Assembly: GCA_965541585.1 (NCBI GenBank)
Contig: CBEUCH010000006.1
Coordinates: 64,001-128,000, forward strand
Reading direction: 5' to 3'
Length of the DNA stretch: 64,000 nucleotides
Origin: an uncultured bacterium
GTDB taxonomy: Bacteria; Zixibacteria; MSB-5A5; UBA10806
The notes under the pieces were generated by a model. That model saw only the letters and a list, made by a program, of their open reading frames with translations. It made no database searches and was not told the DNA's origin. Shown here one piece after another: positions 10,493 to 19,877 of this stretch (position 1 is the stretch's first letter; every line of letters begins with the position of its first letter). The translations under genes were made by a program, and so were the position numbers.

Positions 10493-10524
10493 AAAAAACC
10501 CCCGCCGGCTTTGTAGCCGACGGG
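10493..10524 (-). terminator. Intrinsic terminator downstream of the putative 6S RNA
   Basis: Minus strand CCCGTCGGCT-ACAA-AGCCGGCGGG followed by GG and T6. Confidence 0.8.
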
Positions 10525-10534
10525 ATTAAAATTC

Positions 10535-10714
10535 GACCGGCCGAAGGGAATTCGAAAAACACACATTTTCTGCTACGATAAAGGATTTTACAGCCACCGG
10601 CCATATTTCGCATCCGCTCACCCCGGAACTCGGGGGTCATGGCGTTAGCTCAACGACCGGGTGCCTCCTTCATTGGTAAGGTGTTAGCTTTTCAAATTAA
10701 CCTTCAACCGGCAC
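10535..10714 (-). ncRNA. ssrS: Probable 6S RNA
   Basis: About 180-nt rod: closing stem GCCGGTTGAAGG/CCTTCGGCCGGT, inner stem AATTTGAAAAG..ACAC/GTGTGTTTTTCGAATT, central bubble, then CCGGTCGT/ATGGCCGG and apical CCCCG/CGGGG; upstream TTGCGT-N16-TAATTT; own terminator. Confidence 0.7.
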
Positions 10715-10765
10715 ATAATTAAATTACTATAAAAACACAAAAACGCAAGGCCTTTTGGATTACAA

Positions 10766-11078
10766 TCAGCGAGCCCAGATCGGGATTTCGATGGAGGCTC
10801 CCCATATCGGTAATACGAAGAAATATACGATCAGAGTAATAATTATCACTCCCAACATATTTAATATGATCCCACCTCTAATCATCTTGGATATAGGCAC
10901 ATAGCCCGAGCCAAAAACGATGGCGTTGGGAGGCGTCGCCACAGGCAGCATGAAGGCGACCGCCGCCACGCCTGCCGCTTTGGGGGCAGACCGAAAGGAT
11001 TGGCCAGGAAGAGGATGAACAGGAGAACCCCGATAATAAGGCCGATCGCCTTACTGGTTGGGAGACGGCTGTCGGTTA
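10766..11078 (-). pseudogene. Internally deleted DASS/SLC13 Na+:sulfate/dicarboxylate symporter remnant
   Basis: N-terminal-like helix (IGLIIGVLLFILFLANPFGLPP) joined out of frame to the DASS C-terminal signature AFMLPVATPPNAIVFGSG; only about 100 codons of a normally 450-500 aa protein. Confidence 0.8.
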
Positions 11079-11169
11079 AATTGGGACGCACGTTAATCTT
11101 GTAGCGGATAAGAGATTGACCGTCGATGTGCATGTTTGTCGAAATAGTTGCCGACGCTAAAAAAAGATC

Positions 11170-11197
11170 TTGACATCTGCTGAAATCATGCTAAATT
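11170..11197 (+). promoter_or_regulatory. Sigma-70 promoter for the AsnRS-like gene leader
   Basis: TTGACA-N16-TAAATT with extended -10 TGn. Confidence 0.6.
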
Positions 11198-11231
11198 TGC
11201 GGAAATTTTGTGTGTCGTTTTTCAGAGAAAC

Positions 11232-11453
11232 GCGGGCAGGGGAGATTTGAGCCAAATAAAGATGGGATTGAGAATCAAACTACGAATTCCAAAAGCCGAT
11301 TACAAAGGCAGTGGAAGTTCTTCCCCGGCGCAGGTGTCGGGATTTTTTTTGCCCGCAAGGTTTGGTACGATGGATTCTCCGAACACCCGGCTGGCCTTTC
11401 ATGGGCATAGCCCTGCGTTCCCGACCTTGATGTCGGGATTTTTTTTGCCTGCA
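11232..11453 (+). promoter_or_regulatory. Structured 5' leader with two tandem terminator-like hairpins (attenuator-like)
   Basis: CCCGGCGC-AG-GTGTCGGG-A-T8 and TCCCGAC-CTTGAT-GTCGGGA-T8, each followed by GCCYGCAA. Confidence 0.55.
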
Positions 11454-11490
11454 ATGAAAAAGCGATTATTAATATCAAGAAGGAGGAAGT

Positions 11491-12525
11491 ATGAGACACC
11501 TGGACGTTCTCCAGGGGAGGATGAAAGATCTGACTCTCATCCGGGCCACCGTGTTGGCAGCCATGAGACGGTGGTTTGAAGAAAACGAATATATCGAGGT
11601 GGTCCCGCCGACATTGACCGGCCCCACCGGTTCCTGCGAGTGGTTTCCCAACGCCATCAGTGTCGAGATGGCTGATGAGCTTGGCAATCCCCGTCGGATA
11701 TTCTTAAGGCAGACCGCACAACTCCACCTGGAACCGCTGACGCTGGTTCATAACAGAGTCTATACTATCGGAAAATCGTTTCGCTACGAAAAACAGGTAA
11801 CCTCCAGGCATCTCTGGGAATTCACGCTAGTGGAGTTCGAGGGCCGGGATTTCGGCCTGGACGGCCTTATGGATCAACTGGAATCGCTTTTTAAGGCCTC
11901 TTTTCAGGCTGTGCTGAGTAAAAACGGCAATGGTTATCGGGAAAATCTGGCCGGTTATGTCGACATGCCGTTTTCGAGGTTGACATATCAGCAGGGCATC
12001 GACGTATTGCGGGATCACGGCGTTACCATTCGTTATGGCGAGGATTTCACAAGCCACGATGAGCAGATACTCGTCACTCTGACCGGAGGGGCGCCGCTGT
12101 TTCTCACAAGCTATCCTTCTGATCCTCGTCCCAAACAAGGTGGAGTAATAAAATTCTTCTCAATGGCGCGAAAGAAGAACGGCAATGGCGGTTCCGATTG
12201 TCAAACGGCCGAAGAGGAAGTGACCGATTGCTGCGATCTTCTGCTGCCCGGGGTCGGTGAAACCGTCGGCGGCGCCGTGCGGGTAGGTAACCCCGTCACC
12301 ATAAAAAAGCAGTTCAAAGAATCGCTGATGTATGAGCATATAAAACAGACAGGCCTGGAGCCGGAAGCCGAATTCGAATGGTATTTTGATACTATCCTGG
12401 ACGATGATACCCGGTCGTCGGGATGCGGCATTGGATTCGAGCGGTTGATACAGTTCATCGTGCAGGCACAGTCGATAAAAGAATGCGTTGAGTTTCCCCG
12501 CAGCCCCGATTTTATAATGCCGTAG
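11491..12525 (+). CDS. AsnRS/AspRS catalytic-core paralog lacking the anticodon domain (archaeal-type asparagine synthetase-like)
   Basis: Class II aaRS motifs FLRQTAQLHLE, FRYEK..SRHLWEF, GETVGG, GCGIGFERL; no N-terminal OB fold; AGGAGG RBS. Confidence 0.85.
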   Translation: MRHLDVLQGRMKDLTLIRATVLAAMRRWFEENEYIEVVPPTLTGPTGSCEWFPNAISVEMADELGNPRRIFLRQTAQLHLEPLTLVHNRVYTIGKSFRYEKQVTSRHLWEFTLVEFEGRDFGLDGLMDQLESLFKASFQAVLSKNGNGYRENLAGYVDMPFSRLTYQQGIDVLRDHGVTIRYGEDFTSHDEQILVTLTGGAPLFLTSYPSDPRPKQGGVIKFFSMARKKNGNGGSDCQTAEEEVTDCCDLLLPGVGETVGGAVRVGNPVTIKKQFKESLMYEHIKQTGLEPEAEFEWYFDTILDDDTRSSGCGIGFERLIQFIVQAQSIKECVEFPRSPDFIMP

Positions 12526-12560
12526 GTTTATCGCAGGAGAGTTAGTCCATTAGTAACCAC

Positions 12561-12593
12561 AAGGGCGTTGGCAGGGTTGTCAACGCCCTTTTT
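12561..12593 (+). terminator. Intrinsic terminator
   Basis: AAGGGCGTTGGCA-GGGT-TGTCAACGCCCTT plus T-run, between convergent genes. Confidence 0.85.
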
Positions 12594-12673
12594 ATTGATT
12601 CAATTTCCGTCGAGAGGCTTAAGCTACTGCCGCGAGCAATTATCTTCAGGAGGATTAGTCTCTGTATCGGCGT

Positions 12674-13993
12674 TTACAATGCTTCTGAGGTTTCCTCGCA
12701 CTTGATGCCCAGCGTTTCGAGTTCATCGAGCATGGGATTGTAGAGTTCGGGGATAACCGGAACCCATACGCCGGGCTTCGTGAACTTGCCCTCCAGAATC
12801 AAGCGTGCGCCCACCGCGGCGGGGAGACTGACAGTACGCGACATCGAACTGTCTCCATTAGGAATACCGTAGTCAATCAAGGTAGAGGTTATTGCCTCTT
12901 TCTTACCGGTGGGATATTCGGCGACGAAGTGGTGGCACAGAATGATCATATCCCGTTCCCCGGGTTCATAAGGCATCTTCTCCTCCATGCGAGCGGCGAG
13001 GACGTCTATGTTGCCGCCCTTTTCCACCGGCAGGGGATCGCCGGAAAATAGACCCAGCCATTCGAAATTATTCAGGATGAAAGAATCGGATGGAATGTTC
13101 AACTTTTCAGAAAAAGCTGCTCTAAGGTCTCCGGAGCGTTCTTTACCCGCAAGCCCCCAGCTTAGATCTGTAAAGGTCTTGCCGGTCCAGTCCTTTTCGG
13201 TTGTATCAAGGTAGCCCAGATCGGCAATGGCTTTCAGAGTGTCGCACCAGCCCTTGTAACGCAATGTTCCACGGAACATGGTGGGGATGCCCTGTAGTCC
13301 ATAGGTATCAATATAGCCCAGTGAGTCGCGATTGGGATAAGCCTCCAACTCGCCAATAGTAGGGATATCGATGTGCCAGAAATGGGAGAAAAGATTTTCT
13401 CCCGGAATGGAAATCTCCTCCCCGTCTTTACGGTATCTACCGTCGTTCTTCCCGGCCAGGAGAACACCTTTTGGGCTCCATGAAAATTTATAGCCATAAG
13501 GGTTGGTGTTGGCCTCGGGGGCGGGCAGTCCACCGCAGTAAGACATAAAACTTGTGACCTTGCCGCCGTCTCCCTCGACCTGGTGAATGATTCTCATAGC
13601 GGACATGTGGTCGATACCGGGATCGACGCCACTTTCGTTCAGGATCACGACACCGGCCTTTTTGGCGGGTTCGTCGAGAGCCTTCATAGCCGGGCTGACG
13701 TAAGAAGTTGTAGCCATATTCTTGCCAAGCTCGATACACAGTTCTGCCACCACCGCATGATAAGCGGCCGGCAGGAGGCTGACCGTCAGATCGGCTTCCC
13801 CGATCATTTTCCTTAATTCATCTTTCTTATCGACGGTCCATTGTATGGCCTCGCCGTCGGGGTGGCCGCCGATCAGTTTCTCTGCTTTACTGACGGTGCG
13901 GCTGGCTACGCGCACCCGGAAATTATGCTTCAAAAGATATTGAACCAGGGGCCTGGCTACCAGACCCGCTCCCAGAACCAAAACCGATTTCAT
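12674..13993 (-). CDS. Saccharopine dehydrogenase (glutamate-forming, LYS9/SDH type)
   Basis: GAGLVA, ESGVDPGIDHMSAM, SYCGGLPAPE, YKFSWSP, YPNRDS, RGTLRY. Confidence 0.93.
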   Translation of the reverse strand: MKSVLVLGAGLVARPLVQYLLKHNFRVRVASRTVSKAEKLIGGHPDGEAIQWTVDKKDELRKMIGEADLTVSLLPAAYHAVVAELCIELGKNMATTSYVSPAMKALDEPAKKAGVVILNESGVDPGIDHMSAMRIIHQVEGDGGKVTSFMSYCGGLPAPEANTNPYGYKFSWSPKGVLLAGKNDGRYRKDGEEISIPGENLFSHFWHIDIPTIGELEAYPNRDSLGYIDTYGLQGIPTMFRGTLRYKGWCDTLKAIADLGYLDTTEKDWTGKTFTDLSWGLAGKERSGDLRAAFSEKLNIPSDSFILNNFEWLGLFSGDPLPVEKGGNIDVLAARMEEKMPYEPGERDMIILCHHFVAEYPTGKKEAITSTLIDYGIPNGDSSMSRTVSLPAAVGARLILEGKFTKPGVWVPVIPELYNPMLDELETLGIKCEETSEAL

Positions 13994-14026
13994 CTTATCT
14001 CCTCATAATTGTTACACAAACGATCT

Positions 14027-15328
14027 CTATAAATATCTACGTAAATGCTCATATCCCGGCGTTAGTTCTCCCTTATGCAGAATAGCAGCCCGGCGGAATT
14101 CGTCCGGGAGATCCAGATTCTCGAAGGGGACATCGAATACCGTCGACGCCAATCGGGGGATGAAAGGAGTCAGCGTCCGGCCGAAAAACTCGGAGGCTTC
14201 TTTCGGCAATTCGCATGGCAGGTTATCCACCGCCATCAACACCGGCCCGATTCCCTCCACGCCATCGGTGACGGCGGAATCGAGAGGGTTGTAAACATAC
14301 ACAGGGTTACCGGGATCGGTGACCTTAACCGTACACTGGATTGAACCCTCGATATCGCAACTGATATCGCCGATGATTCTCAGCGATGGAGCATCAGAAT
14401 CGGAATACGCTCGCTTGAGATAGTCAAGTGTTACCAGCCGGGGGTAACGCGGGTCCCAGTATATACAGTTCACCAGGATGGTCAGGTAGGGAAGATAGCT
14501 TTCGAAGCGGGAACGGTAATTCTGAGGATTGGTGTAGTAATCCTGTAAATCGAAAGTTCCGGCGGGATCGACCGGTTCGACCATGTCCCCCTCTTTGAAG
14601 ACCACTTTGAATAACCTGTCCTTCACTTCTTTTTTTGCTGAGGCCATCTTATCGATTTCCGAGGGCGTGATCTCTTCATACGGCAAAAGATCGAAGATTT
14701 CCTGGGCGCCCTGTGAAACATTGCCATATCCAGCGAACCCGCATATCAGTGGCGATAGAGTAGATGGCAGATATTCTCTTTTAATCCTGTCTGCGACATC
14801 TGCGATACGGGATATGGCATCCTCGAGGCTCTCATATTCGTGCGCCATTTTGATCTCGCTGAAAGCGGTGGGGATACCTTCCCAGGCCAGCCTCTTACCG
14901 AGGGCCCGGAATGTATCGATCATCCCCGCCAGTCCGGCGTGCCTTCCGAAAAATATCAAACGTCGGCCCTTATCATCGGTGATCAACTCATAATCGATGA
15001 GCTGGCACTTGAGGTCCATCATCTTTTTCAGCATCGGTATATTTTGCTCCTGGCCTTTGATGGTGTGGGAGAAGAAAACATAGGTCTTACCGGGTTCAAA
15101 AAAGCCGATGGGGATTTCCTTGACGGCGAGGATAACGGGACACGAAGACAGATCCTCGCTGATGACGGCGCCGGCATCCCGGTATTTATCATCGGGGAAG
15201 ATCCTGATGGATGAGGGTTGCAGCCAGATCTCGATTCTTTTTTTTACGAGTGCCGAGACATCTCCAGGCGTGAGCGGAGTCCTTCTCTCCCACTCGTTCT
15301 TATCTTCCCGTCTGATCCCGATCCGCAT
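14027..15328 (-). CDS. Lysine-ketoglutarate reductase (LKR/saccharopine dehydrogenase, AlaDH/PNT fold)
   Basis: RREDKNEWERRTPLTP, FFSHTIKGQ, GYGNVSQGA, DISCDIEGS, VDNLPCELP. Confidence 0.9.
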   Translation of the reverse strand: MRIGIRREDKNEWERRTPLTPGDVSALVKKRIEIWLQPSSIRIFPDDKYRDAGAVISEDLSSCPVILAVKEIPIGFFEPGKTYVFFSHTIKGQEQNIPMLKKMMDLKCQLIDYELITDDKGRRLIFFGRHAGLAGMIDTFRALGKRLAWEGIPTAFSEIKMAHEYESLEDAISRIADVADRIKREYLPSTLSPLICGFAGYGNVSQGAQEIFDLLPYEEITPSEIDKMASAKKEVKDRLFKVVFKEGDMVEPVDPAGTFDLQDYYTNPQNYRSRFESYLPYLTILVNCIYWDPRYPRLVTLDYLKRAYSDSDAPSLRIIGDISCDIEGSIQCTVKVTDPGNPVYVYNPLDSAVTDGVEGIGPVLMAVDNLPCELPKEASEFFGRTLTPFIPRLASTVFDVPFENLDLPDEFRRAAILHKGELTPGYEHLRRYL

Positions 15329-15629
15329 TCGTCCCCGTCGCTTCCCCGATTTCGCCGCAGTTGCTAATCCCTATATAACCTTAGCCATCGGGGCGGAAAG
15401 TAAAAGACTCTCGCCCGTTTAGCAAGATAATTAATAGCAAAGGAATTCTTTCCAATAATTGTGTCGGTAAACTTTTAATTCATAAGATAATTATACTTTG
15501 CTGCCATTGATGAAACTCGATGGACGATAATGGAATATAAATCTTATTATCAACTTGACAGTCTGTCGTGAACTACCTTATCATCTCTCGAGGCTTTTTA
15601 GAACTTTAATCGCAGCCTGGAGTTTTTTT

Positions 15630-17096
15630 ATGCGGACAAGATCTCTCAGTACGGTGTGTCTGATCTTCTTCTGGCTTTGTCTGGCATTATCTCCCCCCAC
15701 TTTTTCTGCCGATTTTGGCTGCTATTCCGTAGTGGTCGGCAAGGATGCCTCCGGTGATGGTTATGTGATTATGGCGCATAACGAAGACGACGGTCCGCCG
15801 TGTATCGTTAATCATCACAAAGTCCCCCGGAAAGAGCATTCTCCGGATGAAAAATTCACGCTCCTAAAGGGCGGGCAAATCGATGAAGTTAAAGAGACCT
15901 ATTCTTATATCTGGTCGGAAATGCCGGGTTTCCGTTTTTCCGATAGTTATATCAACGAATTCGGAGTCAGTGTTGCATCTAACGCCTGTCCCTCGCGGGA
16001 AGATGAACCTGAATTGATCGACGGGGGAATTAGCTATAATCTCAGAAAACTGGTTGTTCAAAGATGCAGGACCGCCCGGGAGGGCGTCTTGTTGGCAGGG
16101 AAATTAGTCGAACAATTTGGATATGATGCCTCAGGGCGTACGTTGATAATCAGCGATCCCGATGAAGGCTGGCTGCTTGCCGCCGTTAACGGCAAACGCT
16201 GGGTAGCGCAACGGGTCCCGGATAACCATGTCGCCGTGATTGCCAATACTTATAGCATAAATAAAATAGATTTATCAGATAAGGTGAATTTCCTGAGCTC
16301 ACCGGATATCATCGAGTACGCTATCTCCCGCAGATGGTATGATCCTGAAAAAGACGGCCCCTTTGATTTCGCAGCCGTTTATGCCGATCCCGGAGCGGCC
16401 GCTCATCCCACCAATACCGGTCGCCATTGGGCCGGGTTGAGACTTCTGGCCACCGATCAGTATGGTTTCGAAGATCATTTACCTTTCTCGTTTACGCCGG
16501 AATCTAAAGTAGATGTTGCGACGATAATGACCGTACTGCGCGACCATTATGAGGGAACGGATATTTATGAGCCTGAAACACAAAATGAATGCTCTCATAA
16601 TCGCAGTTTTCGGCCGATCTGTCGTCCCGATACCCGAACATCGTTTATCGTTCAGCTGCGAAAGAACCTGCCGCTTGATATAGGCATAAATTACTGGATG
16701 TGTCTGGGATCGCCATGCGTTTCTGCGTATATACCTTTCTATTTTGGCATGGATTCCTTCCCCGACGGCTACGCCGGTTTCGAAGATCCCGACGAGGAAT
16801 ACTATAATCATAAGATTAATACACCTTTTGCTGCCAATATCGATGAGGCCTTCTGGACTTTCAGCAATTTCCTCCAGAAAATTGACGGTGAATCTCACGA
16901 CTTGCTTCCGGGACTGAGAGCAAGAATGAAATTAATTGAAAGTAAGGCCTTAGAGGAACAGCGGGAATTTGAAAAAGAAGTCATCGCCCTATATATCGGA
17001 GACATCAAAAGCGCCAGGGAGATGTTAGTTTTGCATTCCAATGATATATACCGATCGACAATAGAGACCATGGAAGAGGTTTTCGGCGCCAGGTAG
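15630..17096 (+). CDS. C69-family dipeptidase (Ntn hydrolase), secreted
   Basis: Signal peptide then C-Y-S-VVVGKDAS.DG....AHNED; INEFGV; WVAQRVPD; start moved to ATG 15630. Confidence 0.88.
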   Translation: MRTRSLSTVCLIFFWLCLALSPPTFSADFGCYSVVVGKDASGDGYVIMAHNEDDGPPCIVNHHKVPRKEHSPDEKFTLLKGGQIDEVKETYSYIWSEMPGFRFSDSYINEFGVSVASNACPSREDEPELIDGGISYNLRKLVVQRCRTAREGVLLAGKLVEQFGYDASGRTLIISDPDEGWLLAAVNGKRWVAQRVPDNHVAVIANTYSINKIDLSDKVNFLSSPDIIEYAISRRWYDPEKDGPFDFAAVYADPGAAAHPTNTGRHWAGLRLLATDQYGFEDHLPFSFTPESKVDVATIMTVLRDHYEGTDIYEPETQNECSHNRSFRPICRPDTRTSFIVQLRKNLPLDIGINYWMCLGSPCVSAYIPFYFGMDSFPDGYAGFEDPDEEYYNHKINTPFAANIDEAFWTFSNFLQKIDGESHDLLPGLRARMKLIESKALEEQREFEKEVIALYIGDIKSAREMLVLHSNDIYRSTIETMEEVFGAR

Positions 17097-17521
17097 ATAG
17101 CAACATTATCGTCAGAGATGCAGCCCTACGCTGACTTTGTCTTTTCCAGGTATTCGGAATCGACGTAAGATTCTATATATCTGCAATTCGTGCAAACATA
17201 AGTTCTGCAATTGCCTCCTGAAAAGGGATATCTTTGCCCGTCTGCTTACCGTATTTCGCAATTAATGCAAACTCTTCATCAATATAAATCTGTGACCAGG
17301 CGAAATATTCAACTCCTTAGCAGACGTTACATCGGTTAATAAACAACTTGATAGGCTTGCCGAGCCCTGTCATAGGTCTGCAGTCCGTTGAGGTTATCTC
17401 TACAGATTTGACGATCTCGGGTGGCCGGGAATCAAACCATGGGTAATAAAAACGGCTATGGATGCCGATAGTCTTATTAGGGACGTAAACGAATTATATC
17501 AGCATTTCCAGGGGGAGATTC

Positions 17522-18406
17522 TTGAGTACGCAGTGTCGGCTGGAAGAGAAAACAATCGAAAGCCATCGGGGGATCGACCAGGAGCGCTTAAAAAGTGAGA
17601 TCGAGGCTTTCGATGATATAGACGCTTATGTGGAGCTGATGGCACGTCCTTATACCCGTCGGCTCAAGGCCGAGGTTGACGGGTATCTCTCATCAGTAAA
17701 ACTCAAGGGCGCCACGATACTTGAACTCGGCTGCGGCATAAGCGAACATGCCCACTATTTCAATAAAGATAATACCATGATACTGACCGATATAAACTGG
17801 GCTCTCCTTGAGAAGAATAATCCTCCGTCTAAGCTTATGCTTTGCGATGCGCAGGATCTCAGACCTTTCGATGATAATTCGATAGATTTCATCATGTACA
17901 TAGGCATCCTGCACCACCTTCAGGATCAGAGCAAGGCATTGAGAGAAGCCAGGCGCGTATTAAAACCAGGCGGCAGGATTTTCATCTGCGAACCTCATAG
18001 TAAGAGCATAAACTTCTTCTATTACCGTCTCCGACTGCTGACAATTAAATTATTCGGCGTAGAGGCATTAAGAAGATTGATCGGATGTGTTTCTCCCGAC
18101 GAAAAGCAGCTCGATGTCAGAGCGGTCGAAAGCATATTCGGTAACGGACACAGTCTGAGAAAGTGGACCATTCTGTCATTCCGGTTGCCGCCTTTGAGGC
18201 TTTTCAGACGATTAAATATCGACGTCGTTCTGTCTGATATATTCGACAAGCTGCCCCTGTTCCGCTCCATCGGTACTACTATACTGTACGAGATCAAATG
18301 CCTTGAAAAGGCGAAGATAGAGAAGAGAGACGTTAAGATAATCTCAGAGCCTTCTCAACTAGCTGAAGTAAAAAGGATAAGGCAAAAAGCCCTAGTGAAG
18401 GCATAA
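17522..18406 (+). CDS. Class I SAM-dependent methyltransferase
   Basis: ILELGCG, DAQDL.PF, LHH, RVLKPGG. Confidence 0.85.
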   Translation: MSTQCRLEEKTIESHRGIDQERLKSEIEAFDDIDAYVELMARPYTRRLKAEVDGYLSSVKLKGATILELGCGISEHAHYFNKDNTMILTDINWALLEKNNPPSKLMLCDAQDLRPFDDNSIDFIMYIGILHHLQDQSKALREARRVLKPGGRIFICEPHSKSINFFYYRLRLLTIKLFGVEALRRLIGCVSPDEKQLDVRAVESIFGNGHSLRKWTILSFRLPPLRLFRRLNIDVVLSDIFDKLPLFRSIGTTILYEIKCLEKAKIEKRDVKIISEPSQLAEVKRIRQKALVKA

Positions 18407-18583
18407 ACGCGAAGTTACAGGACGATCCTGAGACCGATATCCGGATCATTCGCGATTTCCTGGCTGGATCAGAGAATAGATAAAACAAAACGGGGCCGGT
18501 ATCACTCTCCCCACATTCTTAAGTTACGGTTTCTTGTTAAAACCGGAAGGTTCAAAGTTGAAGAAAACCATAGGTCTTGACAT

Positions 18584-19306
18584 TCAACATTTGGCCAATA
18601 CGTAAATCACCCAGGGAGCTATCCGGGTTTCATTCACCCAATCAAACGGCTCATCAGGTTTGGCCAGAGGTTTATAAACTTCTGCTATTATCAGACCCGT
18701 CTGATTGTAAATCTCACAATAAGCATCGTCTGACCATAGTATATCTTCAACCGGCCTTTGATCCTCGACATCGGTCATCACGATTCTTACCTTATCCCCG
18801 CTTTTGGCTCTGCGGTTTTCAGGAAATGCCTTGGTTGAAAACGATGCCCATTCGTGTATGTATATATCCGGGGATGATACAAGATTTATTATTTTCCCTT
18901 CAGGCCTTAAGAGTCTTTCGAGTTCCCTGAGATTTTCTATCTTTTTGTCTTTTGACGGAATATTATCAAATGTGAAAGCCGACAATACTAGATCAACAGT
19001 TTCGTTATCAAATCGACTTAAATCACCGTCATTGACTTTATGATACTTTCCGGTGCGATCTTTCAAACGTGCCTGTTTTAGCATATCCTCGGATATATCA
19101 ACACCGGTAGTGTTAAATCCCAGTTTCTTTAAGAATCTGGTAGAACGGCCGGTACCGCAACCGAAATCGAATGCATTTATCCCGTGTATATGTTCGGATA
19201 TGATTTCCGGCAGATCCCGATAAGCCAGGTAATACGTTCCCGGGAACTCTAATCTGGCATACGCTTCAGCGCGGCGCAGATCATCGTAAACATTCTCAAA
19301 TTCCAT
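18584..19306 (-). CDS. Class I SAM-dependent methyltransferase
   Basis: DFGCGTGRS, GVDIS..ML, LLRPEG. Confidence 0.9.
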   Translation of the reverse strand: MEFENVYDDLRRAEAYARLEFPGTYYLAYRDLPEIISEHIHGINAFDFGCGTGRSTRFLKKLGFNTTGVDISEDMLKQARLKDRTGKYHKVNDGDLSRFDNETVDLVLSAFTFDNIPSKDKKIENLRELERLLRPEGKIINLVSSPDIYIHEWASFSTKAFPENRRAKSGDKVRIVMTDVEDQRPVEDILWSDDAYCEIYNQTGLIIAEVYKPLAKPDEPFDWVNETRIAPWVIYVLAKC

Positions 19307-19308
19307 GA

Positions 19309-19695
19309 TTAATCGAGCCGATCAAAGCTTTCCTTCGTTATCTCCGCTTTCACTTTGCCGGTGTGCGAAATACTCTCAGGCTCGAACAACATGAGCCTGA
19401 CATGGCCATGAGGGACGACGCGATGCTCTATGCCGCGGCGGACAATGCAAAATTCGCTGGCATGCAAAACAACGGCTTTGTCTCTTTCCATTACTTCGAG
19501 TGTTCCATCTATCACCAAAAACATCTCATCCTCGTTATCATGTGTGTGCCACGGAACCTTATCCCCCTCGCACCTTACGAGCATGATATGCTGACCATTT
19601 AACTCCCCGACTATCTTTGGAGAAAAGGTATCATTGAACTTCTCGAAAGATTTTGCGATATTAACTACACTGGTCATATCTATCTCTCCATGCAT
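19309..19695 (-). CDS. Cupin domain protein
   Basis: WHTHDNEDEMF.V..G and VRRGIEHR cupin motifs. Confidence 0.9.
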   Translation of the reverse strand: MHGEIDMTSVVNIAKSFEKFNDTFSPKIVGELNGQHIMLVRCEGDKVPWHTHDNEDEMFLVIDGTLEVMERDKAVVLHASEFCIVRRGIEHRVVPHGHVRLMLFEPESISHTGKVKAEITKESFDRLD

Positions 19696-19877
19696 AACTT
19701 AAGACCATTCAACACCATCATATAGCAATGTAGCCCTTCACATAATCGATGTCAACAGGAGCAGATCGGGGCCTATATCACTGGCAGCGGACTTTCTTAA
19801 GCCCTGGAATTGCGATGAGGGTACATTATAAGATGATTAATGGAACTCGTTGCAAGATTATCAATGACCCATAGGTT

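Noticed and set aside
11300..11400. T-box or fluoride riboswitch in the AsnRS-like leader
   Set aside because: No GGTGGNACC T-box sequence, and the crcB-motif pairing could not be built
18491..19783. Similar 16-mers CGGGGCCGGTATCACT and CGGGGCCTATATCACT flanking the methyltransferase-cupin pair
   Set aside because: Too short and degenerate to distinguish from chance
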